The notes beneath the pieces were generated by a model. The model was not told the DNA's origin and did not search any database. It saw only the letters and a list, made by a program, of their open reading frames with translations. DNA of 32,000 nucleotides, from the NCBI GenBank assembly GCA_016933055.1, contig JAFGBS010000028.1, positions 90,001 to 122,000 on the forward strand. The letters are read 5' to 3'. The DNA is from Promethearchaeota archaeon (GTDB taxonomy: Archaea > Asgardarchaeota > Lokiarchaeia > Sigyniarchaeales > Promethearchaeaceae). Below are positions 17,701 through 25,585 of this stretch, piece by piece (position 1 is the first letter of the stretch; each line of letters opens with the position of its first letter). The position numbers and the translations under genes are program-made.

Positions 17701-18773
17701 AAATTCAATTGGGTAGTGGATACAACCGTGGAACGAGTCCCAGTTTGATTCGCGCGATACAATTTTACAGCGAGTTCCGAATTGGGTAAAGTAGGAGTTA
17801 AAGTGCGTATCCATGCGAAAAATCCCGTAACATTCACAATTCCTTGTACATCGAATTCCATGGCAACATAATTTGTAGTAGAAATCGCAGTTTCCGAAGC
17901 AATTAACGCTTCCACTTTTAAATCATTATATAGCACATAAAAAGAATTGAAACTATTCGATAATACTATAGTAATGTTCACTTGGTTATTTGCATTGAGA
18001 TATGATAATCGGGTATTGGTTAGAGTAATTTCTTCAATTAAATCAGGATCATTCCAAGTCTGAGTCTTCATTAAATCCAATTGACCAGTTTGAATATTTG
18101 TGAGATAGATCGTAGCTGTTACTGCTCTCGATATAATTCGATCCATAATCAATCGAAATCCTATCGTCCTTGCCTTAACAAAACCAGGCACATTCGTGAA
18201 ATTTGCGGAGTAGGTTATATTTACCATATTATCTGGAGGGGAAAATTCACTATTTAATCCTAAATAGGAATTTGGATTCGTGTCAACTAATCCCGTGAAA
18301 CCGGTGCTTCCAATTGTGGAAGTTCCATCGGTAATTATTAAACTATCGGTACTAGTTGACTCCGATGTAGTCCAACCTGGATTTTGACGGGAATTCTCAT
18401 CTGAACGAGGATAATCTAACACTGAATCGGTTTCAAATGTATGAACAGTTTCATAATCGCTCAGAATAGTAAAATTCATGGAGCTGGAATATACAGCAGA
18501 AGGGGATGTTGGTGTGGAAATATTAAAATCATCGACTTGATTTGATTCTGAATCAGTTTTTTGAACATATGATCTTACTGTTTGTGGGTCCCCAGAACCT
18601 TCCCACGGAACATCTAAATCCGTTGAGGACTGTACATTGTATAAATCTGGAGTTATAGGATCTTTGGCTATAGAAATAAAGCTAACTCCAATAAAAATAG
18701 TAAGTATAATAGCAGAGAATAATAACATTCCTTTTACTTGATTTTTCCGATAATTGTTCATAAAGCGTCTCAT
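14730..18773 (-). CDS. Large membrane-anchored surface glycoprotein (Ig/CARDB-like beta domains)
   Basis: N-terminal hydrophobic helix and a Thr/Ser/Asn-rich beta ectodomain with about 30 N-x-S/T sequons (counted by eye). A CARDB-like FKITNIGNSTL segment precedes a C-terminal TM helix (FFKTLFFIGLIGLILGSTYF) and a ~65-aa charged tail. Confidence 0.88.
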   Translation of the reverse strand: MRRFMNNYRKNQVKGMLLFSAIILTIFIGVSFISIAKDPITPDLYNVQSSTDLDVPWEGSGDPQTVRSYVQKTDSESNQVDDFNISTPTSPSAVYSSSMNFTILSDYETVHTFETDSVLDYPRSDENSRQNPGWTTSESTSTDSLIITDGTSTIGSTGFTGLVDTNPNSYLGLNSEFSPPDNMVNITYSANFTNVPGFVKARTIGFRLIMDRIISRAVTATIYLTNIQTGQLDLMKTQTWNDPDLIEEITLTNTRLSYLNANNQVNITIVLSNSFNSFYVLYNDLKVEALIASETAISTTNYVAMEFDVQGIVNVTGFFAWIRTLTPTLPNSELAVKLYRANQTGTRSTVVSTTQLNLEPELLMNSRIIDNYEGDEYAYIPFNADHSPIELNVSNYFVVLSANTSSIYSVVTIPYSDSDGDATNQDPDQRVDHLFLRSSNGNPGTWSKVLVGGGQVDAAPFAINLTRPWLPEEIDMKIDDRAVKSYSLTTGIYAQTSGYRWGLAKWNHIFETEIRDDANNITIPIEFNKSLTLNLVFNVNYTAVVYNIESTITKFSVEFGDNPAWELNYTLNSAIYTGWTLKNFSFVVPVDWSVTELLDENRNSILDDYEESTEGNFVEYWILETENGIYSLYADSPNYVHEMKSYLHYEDHYWPTYGFMQGDNISVSMGILNYTKNSSEIFTGDSTVNLYDPDNALLIPNELVDTTPDDTEAILINGKPVLLTHYQYDFENILNTTEITQMGKYSLVFKWNGGNELGYQIQPIFIMEYGVDIMNIAEDLNKRVDVILSSIQRNLTSASTYNVSVFAINDTTGSSGDGNYHINETLGWEYLDYGFDINLTHILVNESLFNPGEIIKVNLTFESFNLYWDNDLMINAQFVQSTNYDWIVMEQSTSFKLGMVGSGTESNTIELEFTVPTDYKGINAPIRLNPFVLKIQTEINGAKLNDRIVDIVFPFIEKSETEFEGKIMMKSMIHHRPGPIGKIFSAEINRVEELVHSTATYLLQISDSYYVTCSLSEYDTFNSKPIAIFSDVSTVDLIWGSDFKLQGYLMDEFSQNIKNQTISVEVFNGSEWITFNQTDEKELVTEDNGFFTGTFDSNIVSKSTNLKIKLTWMGNTTIFGTSTTLDFAMITYSDSIRIEIVNSTDQVFLKEKQENTLIFKITNIGNSTLKDFAVDFAFPGTTFRIGDISYSSEKQLNPYEFFFIEYYVTIPASYQENEGIIQVQVTCKNHDSNEVVQNSSSFELTVLTSSFLDNLDGFFKTLFFIGLIGLILGSTYFSWNTYKKLQKVPEKEKKEEKRPRRGRYVEVAKLQKQKPEDVVEESEAITPEKEKETADLDDLLKEEGLED

Positions 18774-18798
18774 AGGATTAGTCCCAACTTATCTATCT

Positions 18799-18849
18799 AA
18801 TATTGAAATCATGTCGCACTAGTGCGTATCTATATTGATTTTCAATATT
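18799..18849. promoter_or_regulatory. Nested inverted repeat upstream of the surface-protein gene
   Basis: AATATTGAAATC (18799-18810) and GATTTTCAATATT (18837-18849) flank the perfect palindrome CGCACTAGTGCG (18815-18826). Confidence 0.4.
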
Positions 18850-19106
18850 GTTCTAGTTTTAAAAATACTCTGATTCAATCATTTTCTATTTGGATTTATG
18901 TCGATTCTGAAGAGATCTTATGTTTGCTGATCTTAGAAAATTCCTTGAACAGGTTTGGGGTCTTCATAAAAATGATTGTGTTTATGAATTTAAAATCTCA
19001 AAAGACCTTGAGTATAATATCCATTTGCTGATTTAACCTGACAATATTCATTTTTCGATTAATTTAATAATGAATATAATTTCGCGAAAACCTTGATAGG
19101 AACTAT

Positions 19107-19271
19107 CTATCCTCTTGTCATAGTTGCTCCACATTTAGGACATTTTTGATTATTGCAAGGAACACCTGCTTTGTGTGGAATTTGATGCTTGCAATTGGGA
19201 CATATACAACTTCCTTCGGGTCCTGCGGCATATGGTCCTCCCATTCGTCCACGTCCACCTCTTCTACTCAT
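19107..19271 (-). CDS. Small Gly/Arg-rich, Cys-rich metal-binding protein, 54 aa (absent from ORF track)
   Basis: Manual translation gives MSRRGGRGRMGGPYAAGPEGSCICPNCKHQIPHKAGVPCNNQKCPKCGATMTRG*. A strong AGAGGTGA Shine-Dalgarno precedes the ATG. It fits the widespread GPxGxCxCPxC...PH..G.PC....CP.CG..M small-protein pattern. Confidence 0.88.
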   Translation of the reverse strand: MSRRGGRGRMGGPYAAGPEGSCICPNCKHQIPHKAGVPCNNQKCPKCGATMTRG

Positions 19272-19553
19272 AAAATCACCTCTTTTTTATTCTATTATCA
19301 TGAATTTCCTAAATAATACAAATTTGTGAATATATAGAATATAAACGCATAAATACTTATACTTGAGATATGAAATCTTTTAGAAAAGAAAATATATAAT
19401 TGTAAATTTTTCAACTGAGATAAACTCCATATGGAGAATATACCCTCGACAAAATCGGAAGTTCCACAAAGTTACCGAGTAGATCTGAAGAATTTTTAAA
19501 CTGTAAAAGGATTTCTTTTCATAAGATCTCTATAAACTCATAAATTGTGATTA

Positions 19554-20927
19554 TTGATTTCCCAATTAATTACCTCAACCCCTCAAAGCTCGTCTAAATC
19601 ACGATATATTGGTATAGACGTTTTCAAAGGGTGGGGTGTGTGGTATATGCTTATTATTCACGCTTTCATTCAGCAGATTGCAGGATATGATGGTTCTCTA
19701 TTCGTTAATGCATTAGCTCAAATCGATTCATGGTGGCCATATCTGTTAGCCGTACCTGTGGGAATAATCAGTCTATGGGGTTTCATGTTCGGTTTTGCTT
19801 TCGCTTGCACTGTCGCAATGCAAACTTTACGTTTAATTGATACGAATCCCAAACGAATCCCTAAATATATTTTTCATAAATTCATTATGGGATGTCTATT
19901 GCTTATACTCAACAAAATTGGATACACTATTTTTAATATCCCTTTTTTTTCAGATGGATCAACTTTATTTCCTACCCTTAGAGCAAATTATGATGCTAAT
20001 ATTTTGGATGCAATTGCATGGATGGGAGTGTTAGTTCCCCTATCAATTTGGTTTCTATACGGATTATTTCGGATAAAAAAGGGGGATCATTTGATATTTA
20101 CTCTACTTGTAATTTTGACTTTATGGTTTGCTCTATCCCCTACTTTGATCAGTTATGGGGAAATGGCGATATCATATCTCGAAACTAAAAAATTATACAT
20201 TTTTTCATTGATAATAAGTAAATTCACCCGTGGGAGGTTCCGCCTATTACCTGGGTTAGGTTATGGGTTTATTGGCAGTATTTATGCAACATTGCTATAT
20301 AAACAAGCTCAATTTAAGAAAATCATTCAATTTACCCTCTTTTTCTTTGCATATTGCATGATCGCATTTGTATTATGGATTTTTTTCATTGATCCATCAT
20401 GGTTCCAAAGTTTCACCGATGAAACAGTTCCAATTCCTCTAACCATTATCAGCATGTCTACTATGCAATTCTTGTTTGTTTTATTCATCCGTACTCATGA
20501 TTACCCAAAAAATGAGACAAAACGAGTGAAAGCTTCGAAAAGAACGACATTTTGGCGAAGATTTTCGGTATTTTCATTATCTGCATTTTCTATAGGAACA
20601 CCGATAGCAGATCGGATATTTTCCTGGTTCGTGCGATTCTGGGGGCCATCAGTGGATTATAGTGGAACTACCGGTGTATTTGCATGGACCATATGGCAAA
20701 TAATTGTTTTTGTTCTATTTATTTGGGGATTTTGGGAAATCATAGTACGAATATGGGAGAATTTTGAGTATAAATTTTCATTAGACTGGCTTTTAGCACA
20801 ACTTATGGCAATGCTAACGGGCACACAGATGAACCGCAGTGATGTTAAATACATTATCTACAACCCCAATTATTACAAAATTCCGGATGTCGCCTTTAGT
20901 CAACTAAAAGCAAAAGTCATAGACTAA
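19554..20927 (+). CDS. Multi-pass membrane acyltransferase, HGSNAT-catalytic/DUF1624-like
   Basis: RYIGIDVFKGWGVWYMLIIH is the R..xID..RG...MxxxH start of this clan. About ten TM segments. DAIAW and RLLPGLGY (FPLxPW-like) motifs. Confidence 0.7.
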   Translation: MISQLITSTPQSSSKSRYIGIDVFKGWGVWYMLIIHAFIQQIAGYDGSLFVNALAQIDSWWPYLLAVPVGIISLWGFMFGFAFACTVAMQTLRLIDTNPKRIPKYIFHKFIMGCLLLILNKIGYTIFNIPFFSDGSTLFPTLRANYDANILDAIAWMGVLVPLSIWFLYGLFRIKKGDHLIFTLLVILTLWFALSPTLISYGEMAISYLETKKLYIFSLIISKFTRGRFRLLPGLGYGFIGSIYATLLYKQAQFKKIIQFTLFFFAYCMIAFVLWIFFIDPSWFQSFTDETVPIPLTIISMSTMQFLFVLFIRTHDYPKNETKRVKASKRTTFWRRFSVFSLSAFSIGTPIADRIFSWFVRFWGPSVDYSGTTGVFAWTIWQIIVFVLFIWGFWEIIVRIWENFEYKFSLDWLLAQLMAMLTGTQMNRSDVKYIIYNPNYYKIPDVAFSQLKAKVID

Positions 20928-21017
20928 TTTTTGAAATAAAACTAATTTGAACGAGCTACTACTATTAGTACTTTTATGGATAAGTGGAAAAAAATAAAGA
21001 TAAAAATCAGGAAAAAA

Positions 21018-22298
21018 TTACCATGTATTGATCGCATCTAACAAATCCACAACACCGAATCCATCGAGTAAAATTACAATAAGCAGAATACCTAAGATTG
21101 TAACCAAAAAGATCAGACTTGCTTTTAACGTAGATACACGTTTTTTATTCTTATGCATATACCATGCTACATAAGTACAATACCCTAAAACTACTAAACC
21201 CCAAATTAGAGAAATCCACCACGTCACACTAAGCCCCAGTTCATCAGTTAAAATTTCAAATAAGGAATCTGGAACTTCTGCAATGAAGTATATGAAAAAT
21301 GGACTGATTCCAAATATTTGTAACCAAATGAGTTTTAATTTGAAACGGGTATTAAGTTGATAGAAACCCCATAATACAACGCAGCTCAATCCAATTGCGG
21401 TAACGATGAACGGGAATGAAACTAAATGTTTACTAAGGGTGAATGCTGGGATGAAAATACCCCTTAAAGCTAAATATAATACTACGACAGTGATAGTAAG
21501 ATTAAATATTCCGAAAATTAGCATTCCTCTGTATTTTTTAGTTTCGATGGTGTCGGAGAAAAAGATCAAATCCCCCATCGCAGTGGCGATGATCACGATT
21601 GATCCGTATCCCATTATGGATCCAAAAACACCACCATGTATAGAATTTAATGCATATGTATCTAATTCAGTAGTATATAACCCCACTTGATATAGGATAG
21701 CCCAACCATATCCTAAAAAGAAACGATAACGAGGATTTCTAACTCCCATAAATATAAATCCTACTAAACCAGCAATAGCTATGCTTGGAACCACGTCCCA
21801 TGGGATGATGTATAAGACTGGTCGATGATATAAAGGAATTGAACCCTCATAAATGAAATTGCGACCTTCTGGAAAGGAATAATATTTTAAGAATTCCAAA
21901 TCGATGTTTGCAATCACAAAACCCAATATCAGCAGGGCTAAGTATCGGAATATAATATATCTTCGAGCAGAAGTAGGTCCTTTTTGTTCTTTTCGTTTTC
22001 TGAATGATATTGGCATAGTAAAACCTAAAAGAAAGAGAAAAGCAGGCGCACCAAGATCATAGAGGGTAATTAAACCTGAACCGGCACTTGCATGAGTAAA
22101 TAATCCACGGAGTATAGATAAACCACTAAGATCTAGGCCGCTATCCCCTGGAAATGAGATTGTGGCAACAAGATATAACATCACGAATCCCCGAGCCATA
22201 TCTACCCATTCTAATCGTGCTTTTTCGGGCTTTCTCTGAATAGGTACTTCCTTTAATTTTTCCTCGGGCATATCGGGTTCAATCGATAATTCTGACAT
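21018..22298 (-). CDS. Heparan-alpha-glucosaminide N-acetyltransferase-like (HGSNAT/NagX-like) membrane protein
   Basis: RLEWVDMARG...FTHAS...ITLYDLGAPAFLFLLGFTMPISF parallels HGSNAT RLRSVDTFRG...FKHAS...LTVADLVFPWFVFIMG as I recall it. About eleven TM segments. Confidence 0.75.
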   Translation of the reverse strand: MSELSIEPDMPEEKLKEVPIQRKPEKARLEWVDMARGFVMLYLVATISFPGDSGLDLSGLSILRGLFTHASAGSGLITLYDLGAPAFLFLLGFTMPISFRKRKEQKGPTSARRYIIFRYLALLILGFVIANIDLEFLKYYSFPEGRNFIYEGSIPLYHRPVLYIIPWDVVPSIAIAGLVGFIFMGVRNPRYRFFLGYGWAILYQVGLYTTELDTYALNSIHGGVFGSIMGYGSIVIIATAMGDLIFFSDTIETKKYRGMLIFGIFNLTITVVVLYLALRGIFIPAFTLSKHLVSFPFIVTAIGLSCVVLWGFYQLNTRFKLKLIWLQIFGISPFFIYFIAEVPDSLFEILTDELGLSVTWWISLIWGLVVLGYCTYVAWYMHKNKKRVSTLKASLIFLVTILGILLIVILLDGFGVVDLLDAINTW

Positions 22299-22669
22299 TT
22301 TGGATCCTCAATATTTGATAGTCTTTGGTTTTCTTTGAACCTATTTAAAACTTATTTTAAACTCATCTTATGGATATTGCTACTAGGTTCATGGACCATG
22401 TAAATTGATAGGAAATAATCTCTATAGCTAAAAAAAGTTTCGTTCTTTTTATTTGAAAAATGTATATGAAAAACTGATAGTAACCCACATAAAACATATG
22501 CAGTAATAATAATTCAATTCTTAATTTAGTTACATTATGTGAAAAAGCACTAAATAAAAATTGAGATCATATTTCTGATCATGCGTATGATCGTTTCCCA
22601 ATTCGATCATCATATATATAATCTTTAACATGGATTTCTATTTATCTTGTGTAGAAATAAAGGATGGAT

Positions 22670-24649
22670 TTACTCCACCATAATTATTTTTTCAAAGATA
22701 ATGGATCTTGAAGATGAACCGATTCTTAACCTATATTCACCTGATTCAACTTTCCAATCATGAATTGAAACATCCCAAAAAGCAAAATCCTCGATTCTTA
22801 CAGGAATACATAACACTTTTTCCTCTTGGGGTTGAAGTGATATTTTTGCAAATCCCACTAATTCATTTTGAGGTCTATCTACACTAGATTCCACATCTGA
22901 TACATACACTTGGACAACTTCGGCACCAGAAACCATACCGATATTTTTAATATTAATTTTAATAGTTATTATTTCCTCTCTTGTCACGATTTCTTTATCC
23001 AGTTCACATGTACTCATCTCAAAGGTAGTGTAGGATAGTCCAAAACCAAAGGGGAACAATGGTTCAATATTAAATTTATCAAAATACCGATATCCCACAT
23101 ATATTCCCTCCCTATAGTGTACTTGCTTATCACCTGGATACGTATCTGGATTGGTATGGGCAGGTGAATCATCGATTTTTTTTGGGAAGGTTATGGGGAG
23201 TTTTCCAGAAGGGTTAATATCTCCGAATAGCACTTTTGCAATTGCATGACCTCCCATCATACCGGGATACCATGCCTCGATCACAGCAGGGACTGCATTT
23301 AACCATTTTTCCATTGCGATTGGCCCCCCATTAATTAAGACTACGATGGTATTGGGATTTTTCTCACAAGTTTCCATTATCATTTTTTCCTCTTCTTCAG
23401 GTAAATGTAGTTGTAATCGATCAAATCCTTCTGCATCCTCATGCTTTCCATGATTGAGACCTGTAAAAATAATAACATAATCCGCTTCTTTTGGATCTTT
23501 GACCAGTTTAATGTGAGTTCTTACCCCAATGCCATTTAAAGGAGTAATTTCGAATGGGGGGATTACGGCAGAGCTTCCTCCATAATTGAATTTACCCATC
23601 TTCTTGTTAGTGTTTCTTCCTTTTATAGCGATTTTTAGTTCTTTACTAGAATTTAAAGGTAAAATTCCTTCATTTTTCAGGAGAACTATTCCCTCTTCAG
23701 CAATTTTCTGAGCGAGCTGACGATGCTCTTCGGTATTTCTTCTTCCTCTGGCAATTTTCTTCTTAAACACCTCCGTCTTTATCATAATTTTCACCATTCG
23801 TTTTAGTAATTCATCTATTCTCTCTTCAGTGATCTGGTTTTCGTCTAATGCTGATAGAAGTGACTTCTTTTTGTATATAATGGTCCTTGGCATTTCTAGA
23901 GAAAGTCCTGCATTGATACAACCCGTTGTACTAGTAAATCGTGTTGCAAACCAATCGGACATCACAAATCCATCAAATTTCCATTTGTTGAATAAAATGT
24001 CCTGAATAAGATGAGGATTTTCACATCCATGAAATCCATTAACTTTATTATAACACGCCATAAATGACCATGGATTCGTATTCTTTACGATATCTTCAAA
24101 CGATCGTAAATAGATCTCATGAAGCGTCCGTTCATCAATCAGCGCATTTATTGTATATCGTTTAAATTCTTGATTGTTTGCAGCATAATGCTTGATACAA
24201 GCGCCAATATTTTGACTTTGAAGCCCTTTTACGAACGGTTTAGCCATTTCTTTCGTTAAAAAAGGATCTTCTGAAAAATATTCAAAAGTTCTTCCATTTA
24301 AGGGAGTTCGATCGATATTAATACCAGGAGCCAAGAGGATGTGTTTGTTAACTGCCCTTACTTCTTCGCCCATGGCCACACCCACCCGTTCGGCTAATTG
24401 TTTATCCCAAGTTGAGGCTAAACATTTTGTAACTGGGAATTGAGTATTTTTTCGAAAGCTTGAGTGATATGCTACGCCATTTGGCCCGTCGGACATACCC
24501 ATACGCGGGATTCTCAAGCGTCTTATTGGTTTAGTCCACCAATAACGCGTTCCCGATAAAAGTTTGAATTTCTCTTTTAAGGTAAGACTTTCGACAAAAT
24601 CGTTTATTCTCATATTTAGATCTAAACGCTCATTTTCAAAAGAATACAT
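22670..24649 (-). CDS. Glycoside hydrolase family 3 (beta-glucosidase/xylosidase-like) with Fn3-like C-terminus
   Basis: SDGPNGV, LAPGINIDRTPLNGRTFEYFSEDP, KHY, VMSDW (nucleophile Asp), EGIVLLKN, AWYPG, PSGKLPITFP, YREGIYVGYRY, PFGFGLSYT and GAEVVQVY. Confidence 0.95.
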   Translation of the reverse strand: MYSFENERLDLNMRINDFVESLTLKEKFKLLSGTRYWWTKPIRRLRIPRMGMSDGPNGVAYHSSFRKNTQFPVTKCLASTWDKQLAERVGVAMGEEVRAVNKHILLAPGINIDRTPLNGRTFEYFSEDPFLTKEMAKPFVKGLQSQNIGACIKHYAANNQEFKRYTINALIDERTLHEIYLRSFEDIVKNTNPWSFMACYNKVNGFHGCENPHLIQDILFNKWKFDGFVMSDWFATRFTSTTGCINAGLSLEMPRTIIYKKKSLLSALDENQITEERIDELLKRMVKIMIKTEVFKKKIARGRRNTEEHRQLAQKIAEEGIVLLKNEGILPLNSSKELKIAIKGRNTNKKMGKFNYGGSSAVIPPFEITPLNGIGVRTHIKLVKDPKEADYVIIFTGLNHGKHEDAEGFDRLQLHLPEEEEKMIMETCEKNPNTIVVLINGGPIAMEKWLNAVPAVIEAWYPGMMGGHAIAKVLFGDINPSGKLPITFPKKIDDSPAHTNPDTYPGDKQVHYREGIYVGYRYFDKFNIEPLFPFGFGLSYTTFEMSTCELDKEIVTREEIITIKINIKNIGMVSGAEVVQVYVSDVESSVDRPQNELVGFAKISLQPQEEKVLCIPVRIEDFAFWDVSIHDWKVESGEYRLRIGSSSRSIIFEKIIMVE

Positions 24650-24795
24650 ACTTTCAAAGTTCTCTCGGATTTATTTTAAGGTTCGCACCTAGTTTTTGTT
24701 GATTTTGAACGAATTTTACTAATAATTGGATTCAAAATTTTTTATGTATTAAGTCAATTTTATTTAAATCAAAGTAAAAGAAAAAGGTCAATGCT

Positions 24796-25365
24796 ATGAC
24801 AATTAATCAATATGTATTTCCAGATTGGTGGGATTACTTAATACAAAAATTTCAAGAACTTATCGTTTGGTTTTCTAGTTTGGATTTAATTGCTCAGATA
24901 TTTGCAGGTATTGGAATATTTCTCCTATTTTTTTTAGCTTGGGGTATTATGTATGGAATATTTCAGTTTGCATTGGAGGTTGTGAAATTTACTCTAATCG
25001 TAATTCTGATCGCCCATTATCTTGTATTCTTGGGATTCAAACTTAGTATTGTTGCAATCGCAAGTCCAAACGAAGTCAAAAATCAATGGGAATATGGGGT
25101 TAATAATATCAAATGGGTAATACAGCGCGCTTATCCCAAAGAATATCTTAAAAGTGAACAATTTATTCAACGCCATGTTACATTCCATAAACCAAACCCT
25201 GAACCAAAACCGGAGAGTCAAGTAGTAATCGTAAAATCAGATACAAAACTCCATTGTACAAATTGTGGAGTCCCTTTTTCAGGTAGAATGCAGCAATTAG
25301 CTAAAAGTAGGAACTATGTATACTGCGAGAATTGTGGTCAGGTCTTTATTTTGCACGAAACTTAA
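24796..25365 (+). CDS. Membrane protein with C-terminal zinc ribbon
   Basis: Two hydrophobic helices in the N-terminal half and a C-terminal CTNCG...YCENCG. Confidence 0.8.
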   Translation: MTINQYVFPDWWDYLIQKFQELIVWFSSLDLIAQIFAGIGIFLLFFLAWGIMYGIFQFALEVVKFTLIVILIAHYLVFLGFKLSIVAIASPNEVKNQWEYGVNNIKWVIQRAYPKEYLKSEQFIQRHVTFHKPNPEPKPESQVVIVKSDTKLHCTNCGVPFSGRMQQLAKSRNYVYCENCGQVFILHET

Positions 25366-25585
25366 TTTTCAAGGCGGTATTAAAGTAATTTAAGAAATTT
25401 TATTTCTATCCCCCTTACACATTATTCATCGGGAACTCCAAGATTTACGGGCTTTGAACATAATTTTCTTAGTTTTTTCAATATCTTTCTGGTAATTCTT
25501 ACCATCCTTTTCAATGATTTGGTAATATGTCATATTTACACGAACATTTTTAGCAGTTTCATAATTTCCTCCAGCATTATACATC

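Noticed and set aside
18822-19031. 69-aa plus-strand ORF in the track
   Set aside because: GTG start inside the palindrome, no SD, and a hydrophobic random-like sequence typical of AT-rich spacers.
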